Program-made: the position numbers and the translations under genes | From: Candidatus Heimdallarchaeota archaeon | GTDB lineage: Archaea > Asgardarchaeota > Heimdallarchaeia > Hodarchaeales > Hodarchaeaceae | Assembly: GCA_019057635.1 (NCBI GenBank) | Contig: DXJL01000005.1 | Location: 1 to 41,715 of the forward strand | DNA length: 41,715 nt | Reading direction: 5' to 3' | Part shown: piece by piece, positions 38,165 through 41,715 of the stretch | Numbering within the stretch: position 1 is the stretch's first letter | Layout: every line of letters begins with the position of its first letter | The notes under the pieces: model-generated | Seen by the model: the letters and a program-made list of their open reading frames with translations, nothing else | Database searches by the model: none | What the model was told of the DNA's origin: nothing

Positions 38165-39232
38165 TTAATCTTCATCAGCAATTTCTTCTATGTATTCTTC
38201 ATACACCATTTCTTCTTCAACTGGATCGACTGGGAGTATTAAACTATCCCGTACATCCTCAGAAATGCGGATTTGGGTAATTCCTTCTAGTTCAGCCTCA
38301 GGTTTGAGGATAAGACGATGATGTACAACATGCGGAATCATAAGAATAACATCATCTGGGATCACGAAATCTCGTCCATGAATAGCAGCTCTTGATTTTC
38401 CGGAAAGCAGTAAACTCTCACTGCCTCTTGGAGAACAACCTAGAATTAACCGTGGATCTGTACGTGTAGCAATTGTAATATCGCGGATCATCTCTAGAAT
38501 TTCAGGAGATACGTATACTCGTTTTACTACATCCATCATGGCTACGATGGTTTGAGGTGAGACTACTTGTTTAATTCTAGCTGGAACAGGTTCATTCTTG
38601 AACTTAATAATTCTTAATTCGTCATCGGGAGATGAATGGTGTATTATTACTTTAAGCATAAATCGGTCAAGCTGAGCTTCTGGTAAAGGATATGTACCCT
38701 CTTGTTCAACTGGGTTAGAGGTAGCTAAGACAACAAACGGTATTTCGAGTTTGTGTGTTTCTCCTTCTATAGAAACTTGTCCTTCACCCATTGCTTCAAG
38801 CATAGCAGATTGGGTTTTAGGTGGTGCTCTATTTACTTCATCAGCTAATATGACATTACCAAAGATTGGACCTTTTTTCAGTCTAAATGTCCCTGTTTTC
38901 GGATTAAAGATATTTGTACCCACAATATCCGATGGAAGCATGTCAGGAGTAAATTGGATCCGACTGAAATCAGTACCAAGACATTGTGAGAATGTATTAG
39001 CCATATATGTCTTTCCAATTCCTGGAACCCCTTCTAAATAAACATGCTTTCCAGTTAGCATTGCTATCCAAAGCATTTCAAATATTTCAGTTCTTCCAAT
39101 GTATACTTTACGAATTTCCCCCATTATTTGTTGATATGCTCGTGCGATATCACTTACATCAAGCATTTCAAGCGTGATTTCATCACTCGTGAAATCCTTG
39201 CCCTTAGCACTGGTATTACTCATTTCTTCCAC
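38165..39232 (-). CDS. moxR: MoxR-family AAA+ ATPase
   Basis: EGVPGIGKT, RIQFTPDMLPSD, LADEVNRAPPKTQSAMLEAM, EGTYPLPEAQLDRF. Confidence 0.95.
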   Translation of the reverse strand: MEEMSNTSAKGKDFTSDEITLEMLDVSDIARAYQQIMGEIRKVYIGRTEIFEMLWIAMLTGKHVYLEGVPGIGKTYMANTFSQCLGTDFSRIQFTPDMLPSDIVGTNIFNPKTGTFRLKKGPIFGNVILADEVNRAPPKTQSAMLEAMGEGQVSIEGETHKLEIPFVVLATSNPVEQEGTYPLPEAQLDRFMLKVIIHHSSPDDELRIIKFKNEPVPARIKQVVSPQTIVAMMDVVKRVYVSPEILEMIRDITIATRTDPRLILGCSPRGSESLLLSGKSRAAIHGRDFVIPDDVILMIPHVVHHRLILKPEAELEGITQIRISEDVRDSLILPVDPVEEEMVYEEYIEEIADED

Positions 39233-39269
39233 TTCTTATCTATTAGCATGCATTATTATTTATTTCTCA

Positions 39270-40982
39270 TTAGCTTATTACTGATCCTATATTTTTGAGG
39301 AAAAAGTAATGATCGAGGAATTCCTCTTCAGTTATCAATGATCGTAATTCAATTATGTTTTCAATTAATGAAAAGTTCTCCATGAGATTTTTATAGGAAA
39401 AAGTCTCTGGAAATTCATTAATCAAATATGTAGCAATGACATCAGGAGTTAAATCCTCCTCAGGACTATAACGCCTAATAACATTTCGTTTTAACCTTCT
39501 AAAAATTAGTTCAAGCCCTCTTGAGTATTGTCTGTATTCAAGAAACCATCTCATTTTCACAGCAAAGAAACTTCGTCCATAATAACGTTCAACTCGTGTG
39601 AGTAGCAATGGTTTTGCCTGAGTCTTTCTTGGAATAAATTTACGTGACAAAATTAATGTAATGGGCACTAAGAAAATTGCGAACAGTGGAAACATCGTTA
39701 TCATATCCAAGAATTTAAGATAAAGACTTAAGGGGAATATGGGTGTTAATGGATTGTTTGCCAGATGTCCTTCATCAAAAATAATTGTTTGCCCAGGTCG
39801 TTCATTCATCATAATTCTTATGACATTATCTGCGAATGCGCGGTTATCATATCGGCTAGCATTTGGATACTTTACGACGTTTTCCGTATCTAGGTATTGA
39901 TTTATGAATATTGAGGGGTCTGAACACAAAATTATCTGCCCCCCTAGCGGAAAGGGAAAGTACACGAATACGGGGAAACCAATATTTGGATTTGCCCATT
40001 CGTCCAGATTTGGCTCAATACTGTTAACATCGGCTTTTGCTGATGCTATATCAGATTCCATCCATGCTTGTGTGCTACTATACAATACTGCGATTTGAAG
40101 ACTAAATGACATATCAGGGAGCTCAACTCCTGGAGGTAATTCTAAATTTTCATAAGCAGATGCGGCCGAGGCAGGAAATTCTCCCATCGGAACCCATTTG
40201 GTGATGTATTCGGTTGCATTAGGGTTTGTTTCAGTATTGTTGGGGTCAGGGTAGCGAACTTTCATAGTAATAATTGAGGCAAAGTTCCCAATTACACCAT
40301 TCCCACTCAATCCCGTTGTGAAATCAGTTACCCAAGGAGCAGGCATTTTATAGGTTGTCCCTTCTTGAGATGTACTCGGAGAATGGAAGATAGGTGTAAG
40401 TGGGGTATCATCATAACTACCTTGATCAGCTAACAAACTCCCATTAAAGGCAATCCCTGCAATTGGGAATGGAAATGAAGTATTTTCTCCAGCTGTGCCT
40501 GTATCCATTCCAAGCGGGTTAGTACCTCCTGAATCACCAAATCCCATCGATCCCAAATCGATCTCTGAGATAAATCCTAAAAATATAGATAAAACACTTA
40601 GAATGTCGTTGCCTGTACCAAAATCATCAGCAATTATCACTCTTCCACCATTTATGGCGTACATCAAAATTGCTAGCGATTCTGAAAAGTCGTAATGAAC
40701 AGCTGGTCCGAGAATGATTAATGACCCTTGATTGCCCCCTATTTCGGATTGGTTCAAACGGTTGAGGACATTACTACTTCCTACAATTGTGGAAATTTGT
40801 GCTCCTTTCTCAACAAACCGATCTTTAAACGTACTAGCACCGTTCCAACCAGTATTATAAATCGAAAAATTGGTTGAGTTATTCGTAAAAAGAAATCCGA
40901 ACATGGAAGCAGATACGAACGGATAAGAAATGAATATGGCTAGAATAATAAGAGCACTGGTTGTTTTATTGATCTCAGCCAT
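39270..40982 (-). CDS. DUF4350-domain membrane-anchored protein
   Basis: FSIYNTGWNGAS.F, GG.VIIADDFG.GN, SDPSIFINQ, IIFDEGH. Confidence 0.8.
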   Translation of the reverse strand: MAEINKTTSALIILAIFISYPFVSASMFGFLFTNNSTNFSIYNTGWNGASTFKDRFVEKGAQISTIVGSSNVLNRLNQSEIGGNQGSLIILGPAVHYDFSESLAILMYAINGGRVIIADDFGTGNDILSVLSIFLGFISEIDLGSMGFGDSGGTNPLGMDTGTAGENTSFPFPIAGIAFNGSLLADQGSYDDTPLTPIFHSPSTSQEGTTYKMPAPWVTDFTTGLSGNGVIGNFASIITMKVRYPDPNNTETNPNATEYITKWVPMGEFPASAASAYENLELPPGVELPDMSFSLQIAVLYSSTQAWMESDIASAKADVNSIEPNLDEWANPNIGFPVFVYFPFPLGGQIILCSDPSIFINQYLDTENVVKYPNASRYDNRAFADNVIRIMMNERPGQTIIFDEGHLANNPLTPIFPLSLYLKFLDMITMFPLFAIFLVPITLILSRKFIPRKTQAKPLLLTRVERYYGRSFFAVKMRWFLEYRQYSRGLELIFRRLKRNVIRRYSPEEDLTPDVIATYLINEFPETFSYKNLMENFSLIENIIELRSLITEEEFLDHYFFLKNIGSVIS

Positions 40983-41026
40983 GATTTTTCACTTCATAAA
41001 CAAGTATTAATCGTTCATCGTCGTTT

Positions 41027-41527
41027 TTATTCTGCGATGGAAATTTCTCCAAGTGATGTAGCCATTTGGAGGAACTGATGCAGGCCTGATAAGCCATCCT
41101 TAAATTCTTGATTGGTTAAGGGAGTTTGACCGTATCTTGCTTTTTCAAAAGCGATAATAATTGCGTTTATTGCGCCAGGGTCTAGATCACCTCTGTTCAT
41201 CAGTTTAACACCTAATTGTCTTGCGGATTCATTAGGTGCACGACCTACTCCGAGGAAACCCTCGGAAGCAAGAGTCATAGTCTGCCACATTAGTATAGCT
41301 GCGTCCTTAAACATTTGTTGTCGTGCTAACTGTCTAATTTGTACCAGTCGTTGTTCGATTTCTTGTTCCAAAATTGTTTTTTTGGCTGCGGTGATTCCTA
41401 ACGCGTCTATAATTCTTTCACGGAAGTAATAAACCAAAGCACTAGCTACTATTAGTACAACAAAAGCAAATATATAAAGTTCTGGGCCAATCTGAGCAAA
41501 GAAATTTAATCCTTTCATTCTTATCAC
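41027..41527 (-). CDS. DUF4129-like membrane-anchored protein
   Basis: N-terminal TM; PNESARQL, FEKARYG. Confidence 0.75.
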   Translation of the reverse strand: MIRMKGLNFFAQIGPELYIFAFVVLIVASALVYYFRERIIDALGITAAKKTILEQEIEQRLVQIRQLARQQMFKDAAILMWQTMTLASEGFLGVGRAPNESARQLGVKLMNRGDLDPGAINAIIIAFEKARYGQTPLTNQEFKDGLSGLHQFLQMATSLGEISIAE

Positions 41528-41715
41528 TAATTTGTCTTGTTATTTAGTTCTGATTCAAGTATATCTTGATATATTATTTTGGTATTGGTAAATATTAGGT
41601 TGATTTTACCTCATAATACTTTTTTCTTATAATTGTTCTGAAATCAAATATCATCATTTTTACATTTTTCAATTTTTTCTAAGCTTTTCGTCTAGATTTC
41701 ACTCTTTCAAAGATA

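Noticed and set aside
2812-40695. Numerous 60-135 aa ORFs antisense or out of frame within confident genes (e.g. 9348-9611, 15381-15611, 25596-25868, 35280-35687)
   Set aside because: They overlap well-supported CDSs and lack motifs; the poly-G and poly-S tracts merely mirror poly-P and poly-E on the coding strand.

Overview
Archaeal chromosomal window. The evidence is PAN, aMBF1, Rpo11, archaeal uS8/uL6, aIF1, type II MetAP and BHB-intron tRNAs. An Asgard (Heimdallarchaeia/Hodarchaeales-like) origin is inferred from gene content and intron-rich tRNAs, not proven. Left part (0.5-13 kb): a split APH-like/AAA_33 kinase pair, a dNK-CYTH-MazG operon, a HerA/VirB4-like ATPase, a coiled-coil/wHTH protein, a SatD-like + DUF3307-like pair behind an array of GTCAA-N10-TTGAC palindromes, and a Zn-finger/polyproline protein. 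Middle: four complete tRNA genes, all with introns: Asn with three, Ile2/Met-CAT, Ser-GCT and His. The most striking structure is a ~3 kb AT-rich island (18.6-21.6 kb). It encodes one 864-aa orphan with a C-terminal PD-(D/E)XK-like motif and is bracketed by two INVERTED tRNA-His copies carrying different introns at different positions; the left copy lacks its 5' acceptor strand. Right part: cobO plus a B12 acyl-CoA mutase with isobutyryl-CoA-mutase-type residues, sui1, map, a triple-repeat PRC-barrel-like protein, acs, an OFA-type MFS transporter and a MoxR/DUF58/DUF4350/DUF4129 operon. All family calls come from motif recognition by eye; no searches were run.
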